Positions 37,203-46,540 of a DNA stretch of 57,929 nt are shown here, one piece after another (the first letter of the stretch is position 1; the number at the start of each line of letters is the position of its first letter). This stretch comes from an uncultured Dorea sp. GTDB lineage: Bacteria; Bacillota; Clostridia; Lachnospirales; Lachnospiraceae. The translations under genes were made by a program, and so were the position numbers. Under the pieces are notes generated by a model that worked only from the letters and a program-made list of their open reading frames with translations, had not been told where the DNA came from and made no database searches. The DNA lies in contig CAYOSJ010000001.1 of assembly GCA_964406595.1 (NCBI GenBank), positions 1 through 57,929 of the forward strand. The letters run 5' to 3'.

Positions 37203-38414
37203 ATGATTTACAGACCGTTATATGTGGACAGAATTATGGCGTATGTCGATACACCCTTTGTAAAAATTCTTACAGGTGTGCGTCGTTGTGGAAAATCGAC
37301 TATTTTGAAAATGATTATGGAAAAGTTGCACACGGAGAGAAATGTTCCGACGGACTGCATTGTGAACTATCGATTTGACTCCATGGAATATGAGGATATG
37401 ACTACAAAGCAGATGTTCACGGAGCTGAAAGGCAGGCTTTCTGAAAAAGGAAAAACTTACTTTTTTCTTGACGAGGTGCAGGAGATCAAAGGCTGGGAAA
37501 AGGTGGTCAACTCCCTTGCTTCTGATTACGATGTAGATATTTATGTAACTGGCTCTAACTCCCGTATGATGTCCTCGGAGATCTCCACTTATTTAACGGG
37601 GCGTTATATAACATTTCGGATCTATACCTTATCTTTCAAAGAATACCTTGATTTCAAATCAAAGCATACGGATTTAGGAGATCCGAAAACTGAACTTGCT
37701 GAATATATCAGGCTTGGCGGTTTTCCGGCAACGCATCTGCAAGGATATACACAGGACGAGGCATATACGATTGTCAGAGATATTTACAATTCCACAATCT
37801 TTTCGGATATTGTAAAAAGAAATCAGGTTCGCAAGATTGATCAGCTGGAGCGTGTAGTAAAATACACATTTCAGAATGTGGGCAATACATTTTCGGCAAA
37901 ATCAATTTCTGATTATTTGAAATCGGAGCATAGAAAATTGGACAACGAAACCGTGTACAGTTATCTTGAAAAGTTGGAAAAAGCCTACCTTCTCCACCGC
38001 TGCTCGCGATATGATTTACAGGGTAAGGAACTTTTGAAAACACAGGAAAAATTCTATCTTGCGGATGTATCGCTCAAATATAGTGTCCTGGGATATACGC
38101 AGGACAGTGTTGCCGCAAGCCTTGAAAATGTGGTGTATCTTGAACTGTGCCGCAGAGGCTATACAGTTTATATCGGAAAAGCAGATGACGGAGAGATTGA
38201 CTTTGTGGCTTCGCGGCAAAACGACAGGCTTTATGTTCAGGTAACGCAGGAAATCCGAACAGAAAAGACAGAAAAGAGAGAGTATGACCGTTTGCTTCAG
38301 ATTAAGGATAACTATCCGAAATATGTGCTTCGCACAGACGCTTTTGCAGGCGGCAACTATCAGGGAATTAAGACAATGCACATCGCAGACTTCCTGCTTG
38401 GCGATGAGTTTTAA
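37203..38414 (+). CDS. AAA+ ATPase (AAA_14/DUF4143-type)
   Basis: GVRRCGKS, FLDEVQ, VTGSNS, GGFP, KFYLAD and GEIDFVA...YVQV. Confidence 0.88.
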   Translation: MIYRPLYVDRIMAYVDTPFVKILTGVRRCGKSTILKMIMEKLHTERNVPTDCIVNYRFDSMEYEDMTTKQMFTELKGRLSEKGKTYFFLDEVQEIKGWEKVVNSLASDYDVDIYVTGSNSRMMSSEISTYLTGRYITFRIYTLSFKEYLDFKSKHTDLGDPKTELAEYIRLGGFPATHLQGYTQDEAYTIVRDIYNSTIFSDIVKRNQVRKIDQLERVVKYTFQNVGNTFSAKSISDYLKSEHRKLDNETVYSYLEKLEKAYLLHRCSRYDLQGKELLKTQEKFYLADVSLKYSVLGYTQDSVAASLENVVYLELCRRGYTVYIGKADDGEIDFVASRQNDRLYVQVTQEIRTEKTEKREYDRLLQIKDNYPKYVLRTDAFAGGNYQGIKTMHIADFLLGDEF

Positions 38415-38486
38415 TCCGCTGACGGGAACATAAATAATGACAGAACTCGTAATTTGTGATAAAATATCTGAGGAAGGGGGATTTTT

Positions 38487-40718
38487 ATGAACAACCAACA
38501 TATTGGGAACATTTTATTTGAAGATATCCTGGCTTTGTTGGCTCTTCCCGAGAATCGTGAACTGGATCTTGTCAGTCTGATCGCTAAAAAGCAGCAGGAC
38601 GAATCCCTTTCAGCAAATATGAAAACTGCCATGGAGATGATCAATTTTATGGATGAGATGCCGGGCGGATTTTTAATTTATTTTGCTGAACATGAGGAAA
38701 AGATCATTTATGCAAACAAAGCATTGTTTCGACTTTTTCAGTGCAGTTCTTTTCAGGATTTCCAGGAATTAACCGGGAATTCTTTCCGTGGGATCGTACA
38801 TCCGGAAGACCTTGACAGAGTGGAAATGAGTATATGGGAACAGATCGAGGAAAGCCAATATGATCTGGATTATGTGGAATATCGTATTATCCGTAAAGAT
38901 GGAACCATCGGCTGGGTGGAAGACTATGGCCATTTTGTCAGGAGTGACTCTGCCGGAGGCATTTTTTATGTATTTATCGGAGACGCTACTGAAAAACATA
39001 ATCTACAGCAAAGGGAAAGAGATGCTCTCCTGAATGCACAGAGACTGGAGTCTGAAAAATTACAAAATATAATTGATAATTATGATAAAGAGAAAAAATT
39101 GATTGACCAGGAACATTTGCGGCGTCTTGAGGTCATTGAAGGTCTTAGTGTAAATTACGATACGATCTTATACGCGGATCTGGACACAGATAAAGTCCTT
39201 CCGTATCGCCGCAGCAGCCGGATTGCAGACCAGTTCGATTATGAACGTAAACCTTGTGAGTTTTTAGAGTTTGTATCTGGCTATGTAAATACCTGGGTGC
39301 ACCCTGACGACCGCCAGCATGTTTTAGATGCTGTTTCACCGGATTATATCCGTGAAAAACTGGCAGATGATAAATCGTATTATGTAAACTACAGGATTCT
39401 TTCGGAAAACACGATTCAGTTTTTGCAGCTTCGAATTATAAATGTGGGAGATGAGAGCCGTATTTCTCAGATTGTCATGGGCTGCCGCCGGATCGATGAG
39501 GAAATTATCCGGGAAATGGAGCAGAAACAGTTTCTGGAAGATGCGGTAAACCGGGCTAATGCTGCAATTGTTGCCAAAAATACCTTTTTGTCCAATATGT
39601 CTCATGACATGCGAACTCCTTTGAATGCTATTTTTGGTTTTCTCGCTCTCGCAAAATCAAATATTGATGACCGGCAGCGCACCAGGGATTATCTTGATCG
39701 AATTGAAGAGTCCAGTCATCAGCTTCTGGAACAGATTGAAAAGGTTTTGGAAATTGCCTGGATGGAATCCGACGATGTTCATTTTGCAGAAACAGAGTGC
39801 AATCTGGCTGATATTGCTCAGGAAATGTATGATTCCCTCCGTCCGAAGACAATTGCCAAAAATATTTCTTTTTCGATGGAATGTACAGAATTAAAACATC
39901 CGTATGTATACGGTGATGCGGATAAGTTGCGTCAACTTATCAAATATTTGATCAATAATGCTATTAAATACAATAAAACCAATGGGAGTGTTAAGTTTAC
40001 CATTAAAGAATCTGATGAGGGGCAGGGAGAATATGCTCTCTATCAAATCGTGATCGAGGATAGCGGTATCGGAATCAGCGAAGACTTCCTTGAACGTATT
40101 TTTGAACCTTTTGAACGTGAGAAGAATACGACCCACAGTCAGGAATTTGGAGTCGGTCTGGGACTTACGATTGCGAAAAGTATTGCGAACAGAATGGACG
40201 GAGATATTGAAGTCAAAAGTACCGTGGGGAAGGGAAGCACATTTACCGCAACTCTTCGTCTGCGTATACAAGCCGAGTCCAGCGCGAATGCTGAGGATCA
40301 ATCGGATAACTCCTATGTTAATTTGCCAGGGAAAAGAATCCTGCTCGTGGAGGATAATGAAATCAATCTGGAGATTGAAACGGAGATTCTTCAGGGAATT
40401 GGCTTTATCATTGAAACTGCCGAAGATGGAAGCATTGCTGTTGACAAGTTGAAACGTGCTGCTCCCGGGTATTTTTCACTGGTATTAATGGATATCCAGA
40501 TGCCCGTTATGAACGGATACGAGGCGTCAAAAGCAATCCGAAAGTTAGAAGACCCTGCTTTGTCTCAGATTCCTATCATTGCATTATCAGCCAATGCTTT
40601 TGAAAGTGATAAGCAGATGTCGCTGAAGAGCGGGATGAATGAGCATTTGACGAAACCTATCGACATACCTCTATTGCTGGATACTATTTCATATATTTTT
40701 ATAGGCGCAGGAAATTAA
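38487..40718 (+). CDS. Cytoplasmic PAS-domain hybrid sensor kinase
   Basis: Two PAS-like regions (IVHPED, WVHPDD), MSHDMRTPL, NAIKY, GVGLGL and C-terminal REC (LMDIQMP); no TM seen. Confidence 0.9.
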   Translation: MNNQHIGNILFEDILALLALPENRELDLVSLIAKKQQDESLSANMKTAMEMINFMDEMPGGFLIYFAEHEEKIIYANKALFRLFQCSSFQDFQELTGNSFRGIVHPEDLDRVEMSIWEQIEESQYDLDYVEYRIIRKDGTIGWVEDYGHFVRSDSAGGIFYVFIGDATEKHNLQQRERDALLNAQRLESEKLQNIIDNYDKEKKLIDQEHLRRLEVIEGLSVNYDTILYADLDTDKVLPYRRSSRIADQFDYERKPCEFLEFVSGYVNTWVHPDDRQHVLDAVSPDYIREKLADDKSYYVNYRILSENTIQFLQLRIINVGDESRISQIVMGCRRIDEEIIREMEQKQFLEDAVNRANAAIVAKNTFLSNMSHDMRTPLNAIFGFLALAKSNIDDRQRTRDYLDRIEESSHQLLEQIEKVLEIAWMESDDVHFAETECNLADIAQEMYDSLRPKTIAKNISFSMECTELKHPYVYGDADKLRQLIKYLINNAIKYNKTNGSVKFTIKESDEGQGEYALYQIVIEDSGIGISEDFLERIFEPFEREKNTTHSQEFGVGLGLTIAKSIANRMDGDIEVKSTVGKGSTFTATLRLRIQAESSANAEDQSDNSYVNLPGKRILLVEDNEINLEIETEILQGIGFIIETAEDGSIAVDKLKRAAPGYFSLVLMDIQMPVMNGYEASKAIRKLEDPALSQIPIIALSANAFESDKQMSLKSGMNEHLTKPIDIPLLLDTISYIFIGAGN

Positions 40719-40728
40719 TTCCTGCGCC
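40704..40728. terminator. Hairpin between convergent genes
   Basis: GGCGCAGGAA-ATTAA-TTCCTGCGCC. Confidence 0.6.
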
Positions 40729-40746
40729 CTTCTTATATGAGCATAA

Positions 40747-41559
40747 TTATTTGATTTCAACCAGACTGTTGTAGATGTTCTGTTCCATTTCTTTTTGCTG
40801 CGTAGCAGTCAGTTTATCGGAAGTACGGATGACAACTGTGCCGACCACGGAATGAGAACCACTGTTTAACATGCCTGCGCCATCAAAAGTTGCAAGGTAT
40901 TCATTTCTTTTGTCTGCATCCTCAACAGTTGCATAGACCTCGATAGCGCCGCCTGCTTCTGTCCCTTTATCGACAATAGTTTCACCATATACTTCGGATT
41001 GGTCAACCAGATCAGAGGAAAAATATACAGTAGCAGTATAACCGCCTTGTTTATTAAGATTTCCGTTAGGATCATTATCCTCGGTAACAGCTTCCATTCC
41101 GGTAATATTTGGTAAACCAGTTAAACGCTCTATAATAAATGATTCTTGCGGATTGGTTACCTGTTGCATTTGTTTTATGCTCTTAGAAAGAGTGTCGTTG
41201 GCAGATTGAAGTTCTGTTAAGGATTCCGAACAATCTGCATTTTTCAGAAGAGTTTCTGTAGCGGAAATGATTTCTTCTGTCTTTGATGGGATCTGGGGAA
41301 TTTCAACAATCTTTGTTTCGGCTTCTGTGATAACTGTTGCAGCGTTGTCAATCGTTGCAGCATCAAGAGGCTGATCTTCCGAGTCAATAAGTGCCTGTAA
41401 ATCTGAAATTGCGGTTTGAATATCGGAATTATTCTTTTCTGCTGTAGATATAGCTTCGTTGAAATCAGCGGTTGCTTTTTCTTTTTCTTCATTGGAACAG
41501 CCTGTAAAGCAAAGAGTAAGACTCAAGGCTAACACCAAAAGTAATGAAAACTTCTTCAT
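40747..41559 (-). CDS. Putative lipoprotein
   Basis: Signal peptide with lipobox CFTG-C, helical region and C-terminal domain VTEDNDPNGNLNKQGGYT. Confidence 0.8.
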   Translation of the reverse strand: MKKFSLLLVLALSLTLCFTGCSNEEKEKATADFNEAISTAEKNNSDIQTAISDLQALIDSEDQPLDAATIDNAATVITEAETKIVEIPQIPSKTEEIISATETLLKNADCSESLTELQSANDTLSKSIKQMQQVTNPQESFIIERLTGLPNITGMEAVTEDNDPNGNLNKQGGYTATVYFSSDLVDQSEVYGETIVDKGTEAGGAIEVYATVEDADKRNEYLATFDGAGMLNSGSHSVVGTVVIRTSDKLTATQQKEMEQNIYNSLVEIK

Positions 41560-41806
41560 AATTTTCCCTCCTGTGGAAATGATTTACTATCTAAATTATA
41601 GCACTCGTATAAAGTTAACTCAATACTGCAATTTTCCCGGGTTATTTGCCAGTAACGCGGAGTGTAAAGTTAATCTGAAAGCGGCGGTTGTTTTTTTTAA
41701 TGAGATTGTGTATAATGGTTCAAATTAGAAACAAAAGGGATGGATATCCATATTATGAATTGCCTGGGAGAACGATATTTACAGCAGAAGGTGTTTTGTT
41801 TGGGGA

Positions 41807-42796
41807 TTGTATGAACAGGCAGTCAATACCACACTTGTTCAGAGGAACTGGATGATCGGATATCGAATTGCAGAAGAAGAATTGGGCGGAGAAGAACGAT
41901 CAGAGTATGGATTAAAAATAATAAAAGAAATTTCTAAAGAATTAACTCGACTATACGGAAAAGGCTATGACAGAAGTAACCTGTATCATTGTTTGAAGTT
42001 TTATAAAACTTTTCCCAGGATTGTCGACACAGCGTGTAGACAATCGAGCAAGTTGTTGTCATGGTCTCATTATAGAACCTTATTACAAGTAAACGATAAA
42101 AAAGCGCGTGATTGGTATGAGAAAGAAGCTGCTGAACAGGGGTGGGGCGTTAGAACCTTACAGCGAAACATTTCCTCACAGTATTATTATCGTATGCTTC
42201 AAACGCAGAAACAGGAACTTGTTGAGGATGAAATGAAGAAATTGACCGCAGAATATCAAAATGACAAACTTGAATTCATTAAAAATCCGGTTGTGGCAGA
42301 ATTTTTAGGATTGGCTTCCAATACAGACTTTACAGAAAGCGATCTTGAAAAGAGCATTTTGACTAATCTACAGAAGTTTTTGATGGAACTTGGCAAAGGC
42401 TATGCATTTGTTGCAAGACAACAGCATATTCATACCGAAAAAAAGGATTATTTCATTGACCTTGTGTTCTACAACTATATTCTTAAATGCTTTGTCCTGA
42501 TAGACCTGAAAACAAAGAAAATCACACATCAAGATGTCGGTCAGATGGATATGTATATCCGTATGTATGATGAACGAAAGCGAAGTGAGGGTGATAATCC
42601 AACAATAGGTATTGTTCTTTGCTCTGATACAGATGAAGATGTTGCAAGATATTCAGTACTTCACGAAAATGAGCAGTTATTCGCTTCTAAATATAAATTG
42701 TACCTGCCTACGGAAGAAGAACTGAGAGCAGAGATAGAAACGCAAAAGGCAATCTTCCTCTTGCAGCAAAAGGAAAAAGAAGATTGCCAGGAGTAA
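41807..42796 (+). CDS. YhcG/DUF1016-type PD-(D/E)XK nuclease-domain protein, 5' end probably truncated
   Basis: LSWSHY, ESDLE, FLMELGKGYAFVARQ, IDLVFYN, IDLK, GQMDMY and NPTIGIVLC; begins at TTG with a weak RBS. Confidence 0.82.
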   Translation: MYEQAVNTTLVQRNWMIGYRIAEEELGGEERSEYGLKIIKEISKELTRLYGKGYDRSNLYHCLKFYKTFPRIVDTACRQSSKLLSWSHYRTLLQVNDKKARDWYEKEAAEQGWGVRTLQRNISSQYYYRMLQTQKQELVEDEMKKLTAEYQNDKLEFIKNPVVAEFLGLASNTDFTESDLEKSILTNLQKFLMELGKGYAFVARQQHIHTEKKDYFIDLVFYNYILKCFVLIDLKTKKITHQDVGQMDMYIRMYDERKRSEGDNPTIGIVLCSDTDEDVARYSVLHENEQLFASKYKLYLPTEEELRAEIETQKAIFLLQQKEKEDCQE

Positions 42797-42807
42797 GTAA
42801 ATGGAAT

Positions 42808-42969
42808 TTAAACCGACCCATGTTGATTCAGATATTTGATGGCGCCGAGAGCGATCGTATCTGCGGCACATATAATTGCATCTAAGCTGAGATTGTCCGT
42901 CAGGAGTTTTGGTGTATTGGTATATCCGTTATCAATATAGAAAGAACCAGTCTTGATAGCGTCTGGAGA
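42808..42969 (-). pseudogene. LacI-family regulator ligand-binding-domain fragment
   Basis: Manual translation SPDAIKTGSFYIDNGYTNTPKLLTDNLSLDAIICAADTIALGAIKYLNQHGSV*; no HTH or start. Confidence 0.6.
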
Positions 42970-42996
42970 AAGAGAGTGTGCTTTCGGTCAAAGGAA

Positions 42997-43155
42997 ATGA
43001 AGGAAGCATTACTTGCCCTGATCGGCGGTATGGGAGTTGGAGTTTTATTTGGATTTTTAAAACTACCGATTCCCGGCCCGGCGACTTTGGCAGGCGTATG
43101 TGGAGCGATTGGATTATTTGTTGGATCGCTTATCTATATCAATTTTCTGGGATAA
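42997..43155 (+). CDS. XapX-domain small membrane protein (52 aa, absent from ORF track)
   Basis: MKEALLALIGGMGVGVLFGFLKLPIPGPATLAGVCGAIGLFVGSLIYINFLG; two TMs flanking the LPIP.P..LAG motif. Confidence 0.7.
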   Translation: MKEALLALIGGMGVGVLFGFLKLPIPGPATLAGVCGAIGLFVGSLIYINFLG

Positions 43156-43197
43156 GGAAAAGATAAGGATATTAGAAACAAATTAAATAAAAAGATG

Positions 43198-43226
43198 AAG
43201 GGGTGTCGCATATTGCGACACCCCTT
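43198..43226. terminator. Hairpin between convergent genes
   Basis: AAGGGGTGTCGCA-TAT-TGCGACACCCCTT, 13-bp perfect stem. Confidence 0.7.
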
Positions 43227-43241
43227 ATCAAGTCCTTTTCA

Positions 43242-43604
43242 TTAGTGACAACTATGCTGGCCACAGCCGCCGTCTGAGCAATTGTGCTCGCTTCCTCCGT
43301 GGTGGTGGTTGCAGTTTGCATTTGGATTGTGGTTAAGAGTTCCACAAAGGAACTGATCCATTGCGCGGTCAGCGTTTCCTGTGATGCCTGCATATAATTC
43401 GATTCCGGCGTCGTGAAGTGCTGCCTGTGCGCCGCCGCCGATACCACCGCAGATCAAAGTGTTTACACCGGCAGCAGATAAGAGATCAACCAATGCTCCG
43501 TGACCGGAACCATTGGTATCTACTACTTCATAGATCTTAAATTGTTCGGTGTGTCCGAAATGTCCATAAATTTCTCCATTTTCATAAGTTACTGCGATCT
43601 TCAT
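43242..43604 (-). CDS. NifB/NifX-family FeMo-cofactor-binding-like protein
   Basis: MKIAV...HFGHT..F, LICGGIGGGA and His/Cys-rich tail. Confidence 0.85.
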   Translation of the reverse strand: MKIAVTYENGEIYGHFGHTEQFKIYEVVDTNGSGHGALVDLLSAAGVNTLICGGIGGGAQAALHDAGIELYAGITGNADRAMDQFLCGTLNHNPNANCNHHHGGSEHNCSDGGCGQHSCH

Positions 43605-43829
43605 TATGTTTTCGCCCCTTGATCTTGATGATTTAGTATTTCGTATTTGTTATATGTCGATTATATAATGTTTTCACAGGGATTTCAACTCTATTCAAAC
43701 TTAAAAACCGTAGATACAGGGGCAGTAAAAAGTTGAGTTATTCGTGGTTTCAGGGTATAATGAAAAATGAAATGAAGCAGGGATATATTGAGAAGCATTG
43801 GATAAGAGGCTTAAGGAGGGATAACGGCA

Positions 43830-46388
43830 ATGAAAAACAGTACAAAAAAGAATGACATAACACGGTTTTTATTATATAGTTTTTGTGGAATTATTATTTT
43901 CAGTATTTTCGCCTTTAGTTGTCTGGGGTTTTATATGACCAGAAAAAGCCATGATGCTTTTCGTGAAATAGAAAATATCTATATGTCTGGAACAGGCGAC
44001 CGGGTATCCAGGCACTTTGAATCGGTCATTCAATTACGCTTTGAGCAGGTTGCCGGGCTTGTGTCCGGGGTTCCGTCCGACGGGCAGGATCAGGAGGAAA
44101 TGTATAAGGAACTGGTACACAGGGCAGAGATCGGAGGATTTGACTATCTAGCCCTCTGCGGTACGGACGGAAGACTTGAGACTCTTTGTGGACAACCCAT
44201 ACAGCCTTTGCATCCGGAACCTTTTGTGGAAGCCTTGATCCAGAATGAAGAAAGAGTTGCCATTGGCACGGATTCTGACGGGCAGGAAGTCGTATTGTTT
44301 GGAGTTGACGCTGATTATTCCATGGCAGACGGCAGGGAAAGTACCGGACTGGTTGCAGCGGTCCCGCTGGAGTATATTACGGAGTTTCTTGATCTGGACA
44401 GAAAAGACCAGATGATGTCTTTTTGTATAATCAGAAATGACGGAAGTTTTGTTATAAATAATGCACATGTCAAGTTTGGAGATTCTTCTGAACGGTTACC
44501 GGAATTGCTTACCCCATGTTCTCAGGGATCGGGTATAGAATATTCTGCTGAAGAATTTGATGATGCGCTGAAAAATAACCGCGTATATACTTCAACGGTT
44601 GAAGTGAGCGGGGAGGAACATAATCTTTACAGTATCCCGTTGGCGCATTCTGAGTGGAACCTGATAGCGCTCATGCCGTACAATCAGATAAGGACTGCGC
44701 TGGATACGTTAAATATCCAGCGTACGATAGCGACTGTCCTGTCCTGCATGTCTGTGCTGCTTCTTGTATTGGTGATTTTTATCCGGTATTTTCAAATGAA
44801 CAATTTCCAGATCGGGGAACTGGAAAGATCCAACCGGGAAGTGATCAAAGCAAATAAAGCAAAGAGTGAATTCCTGGCAAATATGAGCCATGATATCCGA
44901 ACACCTATGAATGCCATCGTGGGAATGACGGCGATTGCCACATCCCATATCAATGACAGGGCGCAGGTAAAAGAGTGTCTGCGGAAGATCACGCTGTCAA
45001 GCAGGCAGCTGCTGGGATTGATCAACGATGTACTGGATATGTCTAAGATTGAAAGTGGCAAGATGACTTTGTCTAAAGAGAATACTTCTTTAAAAGATCT
45101 GTTTGATGGGATCGTAAGTATCATGCAGCCACAGCTTCATGCGAAAAAACAACATTTTGACGTACGCGTAAAGAGCGTCATAACAGAAAATGTATGGTGT
45201 GACGGCGTACGTTTAAATCAGGTGCTGCTCAATCTTCTGTCTAATGCGACAAAGTATACACCGGAAGGCGGCAGGATACAATTATCTCTTTTGGAGGAAG
45301 AGTCTCCGATAGGAGAGCATTATGCCCGGATACACATTATGGTTGAGGATAATGGAATAGGTATGACTCCGGAATTTTTGGAAAAAATATACGAGTCTTA
45401 CAGCCGTGCGGATGGAGAGAGGGTTCAGAAAGCAGAAGGAACCGGACTGGGAATGACGATCACAAAGTATATTGTAGACGCCATGGAAGGAACCATTGAT
45501 GTACAGAGCGAATTAGGAAAAGGAAGTAAGTTCCACCTTATATTTGATTTTGAAAAAGCGCCTGCCATGGAGGTGGATATGGTTCTTCCGGCATGGAATG
45601 TGCTGGTCGTTGATGATGATGAATTTTTGTGTCAGTCCACGATAGATATGTTAGAAACATTTGGAATAAAAGCAGAGTGGACGCTTAGCGGGGAGAATGC
45701 GATAGAACTGGTGCGCGAACATCATGAGAGGGGAGTAGATTATCAGATTATTCTGTTGGATTGGAAACTGCCTAGTATGAATGGGCTCCAGGTTGCAGGA
45801 AAACTCCGGGACATTTTGGGAGATGAAGTTTCGATCCTGCTGATCTCAGCGTATGACTGGAGTGAACTTGAGGCAGAAGCACGGGAAGCAGGTATCAATG
45901 GATTTATCCCCAAACCATTATTTAAAACTACGCTGTTTTATAATTTGTGTAAGCACATGGGCATTGAAGAAACGCAAGATCAGACGACGGAAACGACGAT
46001 GGATCTGTCCGGAAATTGTATCCTGATCGCGGAGGACAATGAACTGAACTGGGAGGTGGCAAGCGAACTTCTGTCAGATCTGGGACTGGAGTCGGAGTGG
46101 GCGGAAGATGGTCAGATCTGCCTTGAAAAGTTTGCACAATCTCCGTCAGGATATTATAATGCGATCCTTATGGATCTTCGTATGCCACACATGACAGGGT
46201 ATGAGGCTACGCAGGAGATCCGTAAATCCGGGCACCCGGACGCTTTATCCGTTCCGATCATCGCCATGAGTGCAGATGCCTTTTCAGAGGATATACAGCG
46301 CTGCCTGGATTGCGGCATGGATGCGCATACAGCGAAACCTATAGATATTAAAGATATCACAAAACTATTGGTGAAGTATTTGAAGTAA
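43830..46388 (+). CDS. Membrane hybrid sensor kinase with two receiver domains
   Basis: 852 aa; TM-extracellular-TM, MSHDIRTPM, NLLSNATKY, GTGLG, REC1 (LLDWKLP) and REC2 (LMDLRMP). Confidence 0.92.
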   Translation: MKNSTKKNDITRFLLYSFCGIIIFSIFAFSCLGFYMTRKSHDAFREIENIYMSGTGDRVSRHFESVIQLRFEQVAGLVSGVPSDGQDQEEMYKELVHRAEIGGFDYLALCGTDGRLETLCGQPIQPLHPEPFVEALIQNEERVAIGTDSDGQEVVLFGVDADYSMADGRESTGLVAAVPLEYITEFLDLDRKDQMMSFCIIRNDGSFVINNAHVKFGDSSERLPELLTPCSQGSGIEYSAEEFDDALKNNRVYTSTVEVSGEEHNLYSIPLAHSEWNLIALMPYNQIRTALDTLNIQRTIATVLSCMSVLLLVLVIFIRYFQMNNFQIGELERSNREVIKANKAKSEFLANMSHDIRTPMNAIVGMTAIATSHINDRAQVKECLRKITLSSRQLLGLINDVLDMSKIESGKMTLSKENTSLKDLFDGIVSIMQPQLHAKKQHFDVRVKSVITENVWCDGVRLNQVLLNLLSNATKYTPEGGRIQLSLLEEESPIGEHYARIHIMVEDNGIGMTPEFLEKIYESYSRADGERVQKAEGTGLGMTITKYIVDAMEGTIDVQSELGKGSKFHLIFDFEKAPAMEVDMVLPAWNVLVVDDDEFLCQSTIDMLETFGIKAEWTLSGENAIELVREHHERGVDYQIILLDWKLPSMNGLQVAGKLRDILGDEVSILLISAYDWSELEAEAREAGINGFIPKPLFKTTLFYNLCKHMGIEETQDQTTETTMDLSGNCILIAEDNELNWEVASELLSDLGLESEWAEDGQICLEKFAQSPSGYYNAILMDLRMPHMTGYEATQEIRKSGHPDALSVPIIAMSADAFSEDIQRCLDCGMDAHTAKPIDIKDITKLLVKYLK

Positions 46389-46402
46389 TACCCTTTGCTT
46401 TA

Positions 46403-46431
46403 TTTACAAATAATAGGGAATTTATTATAAT
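46403..46431 (+). promoter_or_regulatory. Putative sigmaA promoter for the second hybrid kinase operon
   Basis: TTTACA-17 bp-TATAAT. Confidence 0.6.
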
Positions 46432-46540
46432 AGATATTGTGGATATTTATGTCCGGAAACGATGCCGGATATGCCGGAGTTTGCCGGAAGAACGTTGGCT
46501 GAAGAAAAAGATTATATTTATATAGGGAGAGAAGATAACA

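Noticed and set aside
42978-43166. 62-aa ORF MLSVKGNEGS...
   Set aside because: The overlapping frame 42997-43155 gives a recognisable XapX-like protein and is preferred.
35011-43800. Intact ICE or prophage integrated at lysS
   Set aside because: No integrase, relaxase, conjugation or phage structural genes, and I found no second copy of the lysS 3' sequence (attR).
43604-43830. c-di-GMP riboswitch upstream of the phosphorelay or flagellar genes
   Set aside because: No GEMM-type GGCAAA...GCAAA two-hairpin pattern or c-di-GMP-II kink-turn pattern found here, at 46390-46540 or at 56455-56560.
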